64,000 bases of DNA from Arcobacteraceae bacterium (lineage in GTDB: Bacteria; Campylobacterota; Campylobacteria; Campylobacterales; Arcobacteraceae): contig JAONGR010000002.1 in assembly GCA_028375605.1 (NCBI GenBank), forward strand, positions 4,085 through 68,084, read 5' to 3'. The position numbers and the translations under genes are program-made. Each line of letters opens with the position of its first letter. The stretch's first letter is position 1. Positions 1 to 9,460 of the stretch are shown here, piece after piece. The notes below the pieces were generated by a model that saw only the letters and a list, made by a program, of their open reading frames with translations, was not told the origin of the DNA and ran no database searches.

Positions 1-110
1 TAGCACTAGTTGGATATTTAATACAGAATGACTGGGGTTTTATATTATTGACTATAGGAGGGTATTTATTTTTTAGTTCATTTATTGATAAAGGTAAACC
101 TTCTAAATGA
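1..110 (+). CDS. 3' end of a small hydrophobic membrane protein (partial), possibly an immunity-type gene of an Rhs locus
   Basis: Open frame from position 3 (ALVGYLIQNDWGFILLTIGGYLFFSSFIDKGKPSK) ending in TGA at 108-110; not in the ORF track because the window edge truncates it. Confidence 0.5.
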   Translation, partial: ALVGYLIQNDWGFILLTIGGYLFFSSFIDKGKPSK

Positions 111-288
111 ATATAGAGAAGTAAACCTAGAAAATCAATACACAGATATAACAAACACAAATATATCATATGATACAAAAGGAAATATCATATCTTATAA
201 AGATAAAGAGTTTGAATATGATTATCTAAATAGATTAGTAGAACTTAAAAAAGATACTATTACTATATATACTAAAAACAATTTTTAA
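85..288 (+). pseudogene. Rhs/YD-repeat gene fragment
   Basis: NLENQYTD...ISYDTKGNIISY...FEYDYLNRL matches YD-repeat motifs (YDxxGN, YDxxNRL); only 67 codons and no convincing SD or start. Confidence 0.65.
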
Positions 289-346
289 TTAAATTTTTAA
301 TGATAATGCAGTACCATAACTAAAAATAATAATATTAAGGAAGACT

Positions 347-1363
347 GTGAGTTTAGAATATCGTACAGGTTTTTGCTCCGATTGTGATGCTGATCGTAAG
401 CTAGAACGAAAAAAACCAAATCATATTTTACATTTTCTTATCACTGTTGTTCTTGGTATATTTACCTACGGTATCGGTTCTGTTGTTTGGATGGGTGTTT
501 GGTTTTTAATAGCTGTAAAGTTTAACAGCTGGACTTGTGCTACTTGTGGAAATAAAAATGCGAAACCTGTATTTAACACTACAGAAGATGTTCCTAAGAA
601 TACTGAATCTGTTTTAATAAATAAATTAAAACAATCATATAAACTTATCATAGCTTTTATTGTTTCTGTTTTTGTTATCATATTTTTATTTTCACTTTTT
701 AGTGATGATAGCACTTCAGGTAAAGACAAAAAAGAAAAAGTAGAAGAGAAAAAGAAAGTTGTAAATGCAACAGTTGATATAAAAGATAAAACTAGTAATA
801 AAAAAGATACTTTAGCATTAAAAAGTGTTGATAGTGATCTTTGTTATATCTATGATACGATTAGAGAAAAAGACTTATTACGTGGTTCGGTTAGTTGTAA
901 AGAGGGAGAATTAACTATTAGATTTTATGATAGTGATACAAATAGAGAAGTAGTAACACAAACTGTAACATTTAAAGATAATAAATTTTCTATAAAAGTA
1001 GAAGGTCTTGAAAATAATGATTTTGAATCTGAAATAAAATTGAATGAAAAACAAATCAAAGAACGACTTAAAAGTATAAAAGAGGAAAAACCTAGAACAA
1101 TATCTTCTATAAAATCAGATGCTATCGAAATAGAAGAATGTATGGTTGAAAATTGGAAATATGCTAAAGACTCTGATGAATACTTACTGATTGAAGGTAC
1201 GACTAGCTGTGATAAAGGGCAAATAATACTAAATATTTATGAAAAAAATAATGGTAGTTTAGGTAAAGAGTCAGCTTATATTAACGATGGTATATTTAAA
1301 GTCTATCTTCAAAATAGTTCAAATCCTCAGAGCTTAAGTATTGATTATGAAATTATCAAATAA
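347..1363 (+). CDS. Membrane protein with LITAF-like Zn-ribbon N-terminus and duplicated Cys-containing extracytoplasmic domain
   Basis: CSDC...NHILH...hydrophobic hairpin...CATC; further TM at about aa 100-118; GTG start with AAGGA SD. Confidence 0.7.
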   Translation: MSLEYRTGFCSDCDADRKLERKKPNHILHFLITVVLGIFTYGIGSVVWMGVWFLIAVKFNSWTCATCGNKNAKPVFNTTEDVPKNTESVLINKLKQSYKLIIAFIVSVFVIIFLFSLFSDDSTSGKDKKEKVEEKKKVVNATVDIKDKTSNKKDTLALKSVDSDLCYIYDTIREKDLLRGSVSCKEGELTIRFYDSDTNREVVTQTVTFKDNKFSIKVEGLENNDFESEIKLNEKQIKERLKSIKEEKPRTISSIKSDAIEIEECMVENWKYAKDSDEYLLIEGTTSCDKGQIILNIYEKNNGSLGKESAYINDGIFKVYLQNSSNPQSLSIDYEIIK

Positions 1364-1398
1364 TTAAGATGATTTTTAAGAACTAAAAAAAATATATT

Positions 1399-1407
1399 TG
1401 TTATAAT
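1399..1407 (+). promoter_or_regulatory. Extended -10 promoter (TGTTATAAT)
   Basis: Matches the Campylobacterota TGnTATAAT consensus about 30 nt upstream of the ATG at 1438. Confidence 0.55.
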
Positions 1408-1437
1408 TCTTTTCATAATACTTAATGAAGGATCAAA

Positions 1438-2181
1438 ATGAAAATAGCAATTTTATCAGATATCAAATCGAATGTTTATGCTCTAGAAGAGGTTATCAAA
1501 GATGCCAAAAATAAACAAGTAGATATTATGTTAAATCTTGGAGATTCTTTTTATGGACCAATTGCTCCAAGAGAGACATACGAATTAATCAAAGAAAATG
1601 AATTTATAACACTTTGTGGAGATGAAGATAGAAAAATACTAGAGTCTACTCCTGCACAGTTAGAGGAAAATAAAACATTAAAATATGTATATGATGAATT
1701 AGATGATGATATTTTATATTGGATACAAAATTTACCATTTGAAAAACTCATAGGTGAAGATTTTTATATGATTCATGGTACTTTTAATGATGATGCACTT
1801 TATATGTTAGAAGATGTTTCTTCTGGAAAAGCTATTTTAAGAGATGATAAAAAAATACTAGAAATAATTGATGATATAAAATCTAAATTTGTAATGTGTG
1901 GTAATTCTTGTATCCCAAGGTGTTCAAGTCTATCTTCAGGACAAGTCGTAATAAATCCGGGTTCAGTTGGATTACAAGCTTTTAAAGGTGATTATCCAGT
2001 AAAACACATCATAGAAAATAATACTCCAGAAGCTTCTTACGTTATCTTAGCCATCGAAGATGATAAATATGAGATAGAGCTTGTAAAAGTGGCTTATGAT
2101 TTTGAAAAAGCAGCTTTAAAAGCTAGTGAAAATGGAAGAGATGACTGGGCTTATACTTTACGAACTGGTAAAGTGAGTTAG
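1438..2181 (+). CDS. Calcineurin-like metallophosphoesterase (YfcE/MJ0936-like) with degenerate metal ligands
   Basis: MKIAILSD, LGDSFYGP, HG and INPGSVG motifs; C-terminal VAYDFEKA. Confidence 0.8.
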   Translation: MKIAILSDIKSNVYALEEVIKDAKNKQVDIMLNLGDSFYGPIAPRETYELIKENEFITLCGDEDRKILESTPAQLEENKTLKYVYDELDDDILYWIQNLPFEKLIGEDFYMIHGTFNDDALYMLEDVSSGKAILRDDKKILEIIDDIKSKFVMCGNSCIPRCSSLSSGQVVINPGSVGLQAFKGDYPVKHIIENNTPEASYVILAIEDDKYEIELVKVAYDFEKAALKASENGRDDWAYTLRTGKVS

Positions 2182-2207
2182 TCTAATACTTCAAGCTAAC
2201 TCACCTT
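2170..2207. terminator. Inverted repeat joining two convergent gene ends (possible bidirectional terminator)
   Basis: AAAGTGAGTTAG-14 nt-CTAACTCACCTT, 11/12 complementary. Confidence 0.45.
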
Positions 2208-2903
2208 CTTTAGCCACTTTACTAAAAAGTCTTCTCTATTGAGTATTACCGCACCTAAGTCAAGTTTATATTGCATATAAGGATGACCCATATTCCAAAA
2301 GCTATAATTATTTTTTTCTAGGTACTGACAAAGTAGGGTCATTTGGAGTTTTCCGTAGTTATTGTACTGTTTGTTTTTTATAGTAAATCCACTTAGACTT
2401 GTATATGTAGAGTTGATTCTATATCCTATTTCACCAGCTACTAGAGTATTTGTTAGATTACATGTTAATTCACAACTTAAAAGTTCAAAATCAATATATC
2501 CATGTTTATACTCTTTTAGTTTATACAATAAATCTAAATAATCTTTTTCCATCCAGTTATCAGGATGATATTTATTGATTCCATTTGTTACAGCATCTAT
2601 ATTGTGTGAGATAGAAAAGCTATAGAGATGATTTTGTTTTAAAAGCTTAGATACCTTTTTAGAGATATGTAGGTTTTTAAAATCCATCACTGCATATTCT
2701 TTTTGCATCTCAGGAAGTAAATATTGCTTTCCTTCTTCTGTGTGAGATATTGAGATAAAGCCAATTCTTGCAAGGTTTATATAAAAATCCTCATCATAGA
2801 TATCAGTATAGTAGTAAGAGACATCTTTATTCGCATAGATGAAATTAATAAGAATATCTTTATCTTCTATATCAGTTTGAGTGATGTAATATATTTGTGA
2901 CAT
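2196..2903 (-). CDS. Leucyl/phenylalanyl-tRNA--protein transferase-like protein (divergent Aat family)
   Basis: LHISKKV, LVAGEIGY...YTSLSGF, GKLQM...WNMG...YKLDLGA...REDFL resemble the L/F-transferase fold. Confidence 0.65.
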   Translation of the reverse strand: MSQIYYITQTDIEDKDILINFIYANKDVSYYYTDIYDEDFYINLARIGFISISHTEEGKQYLLPEMQKEYAVMDFKNLHISKKVSKLLKQNHLYSFSISHNIDAVTNGINKYHPDNWMEKDYLDLLYKLKEYKHGYIDFELLSCELTCNLTNTLVAGEIGYRINSTYTSLSGFTIKNKQYNNYGKLQMTLLCQYLEKNNYSFWNMGHPYMQYKLDLGAVILNREDFLVKWLKKVS

Positions 2904-2912
2904 AGAAGAATA

Positions 2913-3785
2913 TTATGAGCTAACTTTTTGTTTTTTAGAATATATTGTTAATATTATTCCACTTAAAACTAATATCGTAGATAAAAATAAATCCATACTT
3001 AGTGCTTCATCTAGAAATATTACGCTTAGTATAATAGCTATTATAGGTACAAAAAGTTGTATTACACTTGCTGTTACGATTTTGATATTTGGTAAAATTT
3101 GATACCAAATTATATATCCAATTGCAGAAGTGATACTTCCTGATATAATAGCTAATAATAGACCTTTACTATTAAAATGTATTGTATCAAGTGTGAAGAT
3201 AAAGTAAAATATAGTAATAAACAATGTAGCCTTGATAAAATTGTCAGCTGTATTGCCTAGTGAATCAGTTGAACTTTTACCCAATATAGTATATATAGCC
3301 CATGAAAATCCAGAAACAATCATAAATAAAGCATGTACTGTAGATACTTCAAAATTTTCTTGAGGATAAAGCATATATACTAGTCCAAATGTAGATAGTA
3401 ATATACCAAATGCTTTAGTAATAGTTAATCTTTCTTTATAATAAATAGAACTAGCTATCATAACTGTTTGTACGATACCAAATAATAATAATGTTCCAAA
3501 TCCAGCATCGATGTTCATATAAGCATATGAAAATGTTATTGCATATAGAAAAAGCATAAATGAGCTAGTCCAATTTTTTTTAGTATGAAAAATGATTTTT
3601 TTATGTTTGTAATAGACTAAAATAATTAACATAATCATTGCAGAAAATAGCCGAAAAAATGTAAAACTATAAGGGTCAATACTTTCTTCAATTAAGGCTG
3701 TTTTACAAAGTATTGAATTTAAGGCTAAAAATAATACAGAAACTATAATTAAAACTAGAATGTTTTTATTTGGTTTTGGTTTCAT
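2913..3785 (-). CDS. DMT/EamA family transporter
   Basis: About 10 TM helices; FTFFRL, WAIYTILGK, GYIIWY and VIFLDE EamA motifs. Confidence 0.9.
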   Translation of the reverse strand: MKPKPNKNILVLIIVSVLFLALNSILCKTALIEESIDPYSFTFFRLFSAMIMLIILVYYKHKKIIFHTKKNWTSSFMLFLYAITFSYAYMNIDAGFGTLLLFGIVQTVMIASSIYYKERLTITKAFGILLSTFGLVYMLYPQENFEVSTVHALFMIVSGFSWAIYTILGKSSTDSLGNTADNFIKATLFITIFYFIFTLDTIHFNSKGLLLAIISGSITSAIGYIIWYQILPNIKIVTASVIQLFVPIIAIILSVIFLDEALSMDLFLSTILVLSGIILTIYSKKQKVSS

Positions 3786-4347
3786 TTATTAGTTGTACAG
3801 TGTTATTATTCTTACTAAGTAGTTTTGCCTGCATGAATTCTTTATAAAAATCATCTATCTGTTCTTTTATCATATAGTTTTTATTTTGATCAAAAAAGTT
3901 AAAAAATCCAAATCTTTCTATGATAAAATAATCTATCTCATCTAAAATATTTTTACCATTATCTTTAAACATTATTTTTTTGTTCTTTAAGTCTTCAACT
4001 AGTTGGTTTTTTTCTGACAGTGTATTGGTTTGCGTTTCTATTGTATTTAAAAGCAGTTCTCTTTTTTTATAAAGTTCTTCTACTTTAGAATGGTTTGGTA
4101 GCATTGCATTCTCTAGTTCTTCCTCTATCATTTTATCAGCATAATAAACAAACTTAGCATAAGTAACAAAACCTTTTCTTTTAACAATATTATCTTTATC
4201 TACAGTGATATTTTCTAATAGATATTTGAGTTTATTATCCTCGATTTTTTCGATTCTTTCGATTGTAAAATCTTTGTGAAAATCTTCGTTAAAATCAAAC
4301 ATTTGATTTGTAATGATTCTATAAAGTTCTTGTTGTTTTTTAGTCAT
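3766..4347 (-). CDS. Hypothetical protein coupled to the DnaT-like gene
   Basis: About 193 aa soluble ORF overlapping both neighbours; ATG at 4347 lies inside the end of the upstream gene. Confidence 0.7.
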   Translation of the reverse strand: MTKKQQELYRIITNQMFDFNEDFHKDFTIERIEKIEDNKLKYLLENITVDKDNIVKRKGFVTYAKFVYYADKMIEEELENAMLPNHSKVEELYKKRELLLNTIETQTNTLSEKNQLVEDLKNKKIMFKDNGKNILDEIDYFIIERFGFFNFFDQNKNYMIKEQIDDFYKEFMQAKLLSKNNNTVQLINETKTK

Positions 4348-5368
4348 TTTCAATTACCTCTACTGTATCTATATTTTCATTGTTTAAAAGATATTTTGCT
4401 TCATCTGTATCTACTTTAAAAAGTAAAATTTCATCTTTATTAAAATCAGGATGAGGCATTTTTGTCCAAGCTAATTTTAAAATACCATCATTTGTTTTGA
4501 TTTCAAACTGTCGGATATCTTTCCAATAGTACTCTTCCATCCAGTTTATCTTAGCATCAAACTCTAACCAGTCCTTTATCTTATCACTAATATCTTTAGC
4601 TTTTCTAAAATCCCATTTATAATCAGCTTTTTCTTTTTGTTTGGCTGTTTGTTCTCGTGGTACTTTTGGTTTGAATTGCTTATGATTGATACACCAATTT
4701 TCCCATACATTTCCCCAAGATACTTTTAAATCACCATTAGCAATATAATGGTTTCTAAACTTAGTGAATTCTAATGTGATATTTTCTTTATCTATATGTT
4801 TTTTTGCTGTAATCATCATATCATTATCTAAAGATATATTTTCATCTATGGTTGTTTTTACTAAATGTTTTTTATATTTATTTTGGTTGAGAACCCATCG
4901 TTTCCAAACAGGCTCCCAATCAGTATTTGTAGTTGATTTACTTTGATAATAAAGTTTAAAATCTTCAAATATATCTTCAATATTTTGTAGAAATTTTGAT
5001 TGAGCAAATTGTTTCATTTCGTAAGTTAATGAAAAATTATTTGGAATAGTTGTAGATTCTTTTGTCTGGGAATCCATTCTTTGTGTATTACTTGATAATC
5101 TTGGTGTCGTATTACTTGAAAGAACTGTATCTGCAGATTTTCCAGCACAGAGACCAAAAGTATTATCAAAGGTATGCTCTAAATTATTGTCATTTGTTGT
5201 TTGATGAAAAGGAATATTTATTTTTTCTTTTTTTACAATAATAGTATTTAAAATATTTTCTACAATTGCATTATATTTTAAAGTTAATATAGTTTCATTT
5301 GAAGATAAGTCTAAAGAGTTTATCTCTTTAGTAAACTTATCTATGATTTGGGATTTTAGGTCTTCCAT
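4340..5368 (-). CDS. Protein with two tandem DnaT-like (phage replication protein C-terminal-type) domains
   Basis: Repeats IPNNFSL...FEDFKLYYQSK...DWEPVWKRWVLN and IDENISL...FTKFRNHYIANG...SWGNVWENWCIN fit the FxxFxxYW/Y...DWxxxWxxW pattern. Confidence 0.65.
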   Translation of the reverse strand: MEDLKSQIIDKFTKEINSLDLSSNETILTLKYNAIVENILNTIIVKKEKINIPFHQTTNDNNLEHTFDNTFGLCAGKSADTVLSSNTTPRLSSNTQRMDSQTKESTTIPNNFSLTYEMKQFAQSKFLQNIEDIFEDFKLYYQSKSTTNTDWEPVWKRWVLNQNKYKKHLVKTTIDENISLDNDMMITAKKHIDKENITLEFTKFRNHYIANGDLKVSWGNVWENWCINHKQFKPKVPREQTAKQKEKADYKWDFRKAKDISDKIKDWLEFDAKINWMEEYYWKDIRQFEIKTNDGILKLAWTKMPHPDFNKDEILLFKVDTDEAKYLLNNENIDTVEVIEND

Positions 5369-5383
5369 AAAAGCTTTAAAAGA

Positions 5384-6187
5384 TTATTTAAAAAGGTTTG
5401 TAGGACTGTTTTTTAGTTTTTTAACTTCAGCACCAATATCATTTTGTCTCATAAAGTGTTCACCAATTAAAAATGCATCAGCTCCAGATTCACTTAATTC
5501 TTTAATAATACTTTGTTCCGTTACACCACTTTCAGCAACTATAATTTTACCATTTGGAATCATCGGTATCAGTTGATGACAAAGATTCATATCCATCTCA
5601 AAAGTCTCAAGATTTCTATGGTTGATACCAACTATATGAGCTCCACAAGCCATAGCTTTTTTTAAGTCTTCAACATCATGAATCTCTACTAAAACATCAA
5701 GTCCTAAATGTAAAGCATAGTCATAAAGCTCTTGTAACTCTTTTTTTGCTAAACATTTAGCTATTAAGAGTATAAAATCTGCGCCATATACTAAAGCTTC
5801 TACTATTTGATACTTATCAACAATAAAATCTTTTCTTAAAAGTGGAGTAGGTACATATCTTCTAATATTTGTTAAGTATTCTAAATTCCCTTGAAAAAAA
5901 TGAGGTTCTGTTAATACTGAAATGGCATTAGCACCATTTTGACTATATGTTTGTGCAATTGATAAGGGATCAAAGTCTTCTCTGATTACACCTTTACTTG
6001 GACTTGCTTTTTTAACTTCAGCAATGATTCTGATAGGTTCTTCTTTAGTTGCAGTTAAAAATTTTCTTACATCTCTTGGTGGGTAAGGATTACTTGATAA
6101 ACTTCTACCCATCATCTCTAACGTGATATCTTTTTTTCTCTTTTCTAAGTCATATTTTGTTTTTTCAACTATATCATCTAAAATCAT
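5384..6187 (-). CDS. trpC: Indole-3-glycerol phosphate synthase
   Basis: [39 protein letters not shown] and VAESG motifs. Confidence 0.97.
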   Translation of the reverse strand: MILDDIVEKTKYDLEKRKKDITLEMMGRSLSSNPYPPRDVRKFLTATKEEPIRIIAEVKKASPSKGVIREDFDPLSIAQTYSQNGANAISVLTEPHFFQGNLEYLTNIRRYVPTPLLRKDFIVDKYQIVEALVYGADFILLIAKCLAKKELQELYDYALHLGLDVLVEIHDVEDLKKAMACGAHIVGINHRNLETFEMDMNLCHQLIPMIPNGKIIVAESGVTEQSIIKELSESGADAFLIGEHFMRQNDIGAEVKKLKNSPTNLFK

Positions 6188-7455
6188 TTATTTTTATTTC
6201 CTTTTTTACATTCTTTAATATTATTCCAATGAAGTTTTATCTCACGGTCTTTTAGTCCTGTTACACTAATAACTTTTTTCATAATTGTTAATGCTTTTTT
6301 ACACTCTCCAAGTTTATAAAATCCCCAAGCTAAAGAGTCAAGATATGCCACATTATTAGGAGCTGTTCTTAGTGCACTTTTAATAAGTTTGATACCTTTT
6401 TCTATATTGATATTAAAATCAATAAGTAAGTACCCATAATAGTTTTGGTAACTTGCATTATTGATTCCACTAGATAGTGCTAATTCAAAATTTGCTATTA
6501 CATGTTTCATCACTTTTTGTTTGTCTGTAGCTAACTCAAACTCGTACATAGCAATATTTCCAAGTAGTTCTGGTTTTCTTGTTTTTCGATAAAGTTTTCT
6601 AGTCATTTTAAGAGCTTTTTCTAATTGTCCATCTTGATAATAAAGATTTATCAGTTTTGTTTTATCTATTTTTGTCTCTTCAAGGAATTTAATGGCTTCT
6701 TTAATATCTTTTTTTTCTAAAAGAGTCACGATAAGATTTTGAATAATTAACGTTGTTTTATCTAAAGCTGGATTATGTTTATATTTTAGGTACATTCTTT
6801 TTAATATAGATAACATACCATCAACATTTCCTTGCTCTTGGTATATTAACATCAGTTTGTCACATACTAATTTAGTACAACCTTTTGTTTGTAGGTATGT
6901 TTCAAGATAAGCAAGGGCTACATCTTTTTGGTCAAGATAAGTATATAAAACTGTTGTTAGTTTTATAAGCGTAGTTTCATTTTGATTTATTGTGTAGGCA
7001 CTTTCATAATACTTTGAAGAGTTTGTGTATTCTTTTATCGCATAATATACATTTGCCATGATCTCATAACTTGTAGCATTTGGATATTTTTTAAGCAGTT
7101 TTTTTGCTTCTTTTAATGCTTCTTCTGTTTTAGACTGTGATAGCAAGGCTATGATAGTTTGCTGAGTATAATATTCTTTATTTTTTGGAAACTCTTTTAA
7201 TGCTTGTTTTGATAATAGGTACATTTGGTTAAATTTTTTAGCTTTAAAACTATAGAAAATAGCTTTTTTTAAATAGTCTTTTTTTTGTGTAGTTTGATAT
7301 AGTTTGTCATAGTATTCAAAACTTGCAAGAGGTTTGTGTGCTTTTTCACTATCTAGTGCTAGCATGATTAATAAATCTTCACGTTCTTCTGTTGCATAAG
7401 AAAAAGAAGTAAATAAAAATAGCGTAAGAAATATTAGTCTACTATAGCGGGACAT
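6184..7455 (-). CDS. Exported tetratricopeptide-repeat protein
   Basis: Signal peptide; TPR motifs NYYGYLLID and [13 protein letters not shown]; typical position upstream of trpC. Confidence 0.85.
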   Translation of the reverse strand: MSRYSRLIFLTLFLFTSFSYATEEREDLLIMLALDSEKAHKPLASFEYYDKLYQTTQKKDYLKKAIFYSFKAKKFNQMYLLSKQALKEFPKNKEYYTQQTIIALLSQSKTEEALKEAKKLLKKYPNATSYEIMANVYYAIKEYTNSSKYYESAYTINQNETTLIKLTTVLYTYLDQKDVALAYLETYLQTKGCTKLVCDKLMLIYQEQGNVDGMLSILKRMYLKYKHNPALDKTTLIIQNLIVTLLEKKDIKEAIKFLEETKIDKTKLINLYYQDGQLEKALKMTRKLYRKTRKPELLGNIAMYEFELATDKQKVMKHVIANFELALSSGINNASYQNYYGYLLIDFNINIEKGIKLIKSALRTAPNNVAYLDSLAWGFYKLGECKKALTIMKKVISVTGLKDREIKLHWNNIKECKKGNKNK

Positions 7456-7805
7456 TCGTCTTTTACCTCTTGTATATTATTTTTAAAATATTCCCAGAAA
7501 GGAAATGTTCGACATTGGCTTGGTCTTGCTTCATAAACACCACATTGTTTTTTATCTAAATCAAAAAACATACAGGCAAAACTATTTTGTGAAATTTGCT
7601 TTTCTTTAATAGAATATTTATAGCCGACTTTAAATAAGTATTTTTCACCTAATTCATCGACTGATATTTTTAATAAATTTGCAAGCTTAATACACTCTTC
7701 TTTTGTAATCCATATATATCCTGATTCTCCTATACAACAGTTACCTTCGCAAGAGTCACATTTTGTTTCATCAAATTTATATGGGTAATTTTCATTCTCT
7801 AACAT
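7434..7805 (-). CDS. YkgJ family cysteine-cluster (CxxCxxCC) protein
   Basis: CDSCEGNCC...CMFFD...CGVYEARPSQCRTFPFW. Confidence 0.9.
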   Translation of the reverse strand: MLENENYPYKFDETKCDSCEGNCCIGESGYIWITKEECIKLANLLKISVDELGEKYLFKVGYKYSIKEKQISQNSFACMFFDLDKKQCGVYEARPSQCRTFPFWEYFKNNIQEVKDECPAIVD

Positions 7806-7819
7806 AGTGATGATTATAG

Positions 7820-8629
7820 CTAATTAGTACTTAACATTTTTAATTTTAAGTACTCTTCTTTTATCTCTTGATTATTATGTTTTATCGCACCTTTTATAAG
7901 TATGTCACATTTTTTTATAATTTCATTTGATATGCTCTCTTTATATTGAGAATCTAGATGTTTTTGGAGTGCTGATATTCTATATCTGTCCATTAGTTTT
8001 GTAGAAAATGAAAGCTGATTTTCATGACCTGCTATTTTAGTTATCAGTTTTTCATCTACTAAACCCAATTCATATTTTCGTAATATTCTTAGCCATAAAT
8101 CATAATCCTCACAAGCAATCAAATCTTCATCAAAGTAGCCCACATCTTCAAATACTTTCTTATGAACTATAAGTGTAGAAGCCCCTATAAGTGTATTTGG
8201 AATATTTTCTTCAAAACAAAAACCAGATGGTTTGAGTTGATGCTTTTTTTGTTTGATTATTTTGTTATTAAACATCCATAGTTCATCGGTGTGAGACAAA
8301 AATATATGAGGATTTTGTTTATGAAACTTTATCTGTTTTTCAATTTTTTCTTCTTCCCAAATATCGTCACTATCTAAAAAACTCAACCATTCGTAAGAAG
8401 CTATTTTTATACCATGATTTCTAGCATTTGAGACACCTTTGTTTTCTTGGTAGATATATTTTATAGTGTTATTTTGAAAGTTATTTACTATCTCTTTTGT
8501 ATTATCTGTTGAACCATCATCAATGATTATTATTTCATCTATTTTTACTGTTTGGTTTAAAACTGAACTAATTGTCTTAGATAGAAGTTTTTCTCTATTA
8601 TATGTTGGGATTATGAGGGATATTTTCAT
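7820..8629 (-). CDS. Glycosyltransferase family 2
   Basis: ISLIIPTYNR, IIDDGSTD, ARNHG, FLDSDD and CEDYDLWLR motifs. Confidence 0.92.
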   Translation of the reverse strand: MKISLIIPTYNREKLLSKTISSVLNQTVKIDEIIIIDDGSTDNTKEIVNNFQNNTIKYIYQENKGVSNARNHGIKIASYEWLSFLDSDDIWEEEKIEKQIKFHKQNPHIFLSHTDELWMFNNKIIKQKKHQLKPSGFCFEENIPNTLIGASTLIVHKKVFEDVGYFDEDLIACEDYDLWLRILRKYELGLVDEKLITKIAGHENQLSFSTKLMDRYRISALQKHLDSQYKESISNEIIKKCDILIKGAIKHNNQEIKEEYLKLKMLSTN

Positions 8630-9429
8630 TAATATAGGAGGTACTTTACAAATATGATTATTTTTACTTTTTCAAGTGGTTTAGGATAGTTTTGATACGC
8701 TATTTTTATTGTATCTATTGTATTCTCATCAAGTGCAGTATAATACGAACTATTGTTTAATTTTAGTTCTGTAATATCACCATTTGGATGAAAATAAAAT
8801 TCTACCACATTTGTGCCTTGTTGTTTTGTTCTTATTGATACTTGGGGGTACTCTAAATATCTTTGTGTAATTTTACCTATTTTATTTAAATTTTGTTTGA
8901 GATATCTTCTTTGTGTTTCTGAATATTCAAAATACTGCTCACCGTATAACTTAATATAGCTTTGTGTAAGTGCTGGAAGTTGTTGAATCTCTTTTATTTC
9001 ATCTTGTCTATTTAGTGCTTTTTTCTGTTCTTTTTCTATTATCTCAGTATTGTCTCTCTCTTGTTTTTGTATTGTAAAAAACTTTTTTAAATCGATTGGT
9101 TTTTTTTCTATTGTAGGTAAGTTTATTTTTCGAATATTTTTTTTAAGAGTTTTTATTTTGTTTGTCTTTTTCTTTACAGTTTTTTTAGCTTGAACTTTTT
9201 TTATAAGTTTTTTCGTTGTTTGGATGTTTGGTTCAACTTTTTTAACACTTTTGATTTTTACATATTGTATATTTACAAGACCTTTTTTGTTATTATCTGT
9301 CTTTTTATTTGAAGTATTCATTTTTAATATGTTTTGATGTATGCTTTTATTTATAATCATATACATCCCAAAATGTATACAAATAGAAAGCACAAAAGCT
9401 ACAATAATAATTTTAGTTAACTTATTCAT
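8629..9429 (-). CDS. TonB family energy transducer
   Basis: N-terminal TM with SxxxH (SICIH), Lys-rich linker, C-terminal YP...QQG...V.F..PNG.I...SS...LD TonB_C domain. Confidence 0.8.
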   Translation of the reverse strand: MNKLTKIIIVAFVLSICIHFGMYMIINKSIHQNILKMNTSNKKTDNNKKGLVNIQYVKIKSVKKVEPNIQTTKKLIKKVQAKKTVKKKTNKIKTLKKNIRKINLPTIEKKPIDLKKFFTIQKQERDNTEIIEKEQKKALNRQDEIKEIQQLPALTQSYIKLYGEQYFEYSETQRRYLKQNLNKIGKITQRYLEYPQVSIRTKQQGTNVVEFYFHPNGDITELKLNNSSYYTALDENTIDTIKIAYQNYPKPLEKVKIIIFVKYLLY

Positions 9430-9460
9430 TTGAGATTATAGCTTTTTACTGTGTAACTTT

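Noticed and set aside
5080-5125. GTATTACTTGA repeated twice (LSSNT x2) as possible replication iterons
   Set aside because: Only two short copies within a low-complexity linker; insufficient for an origin call
3766-5368. Prophage at the DnaT-like gene pair
   Set aside because: No integrase, att-like repeats, or structural or lysis genes; the flanks are tightly packed housekeeping genes
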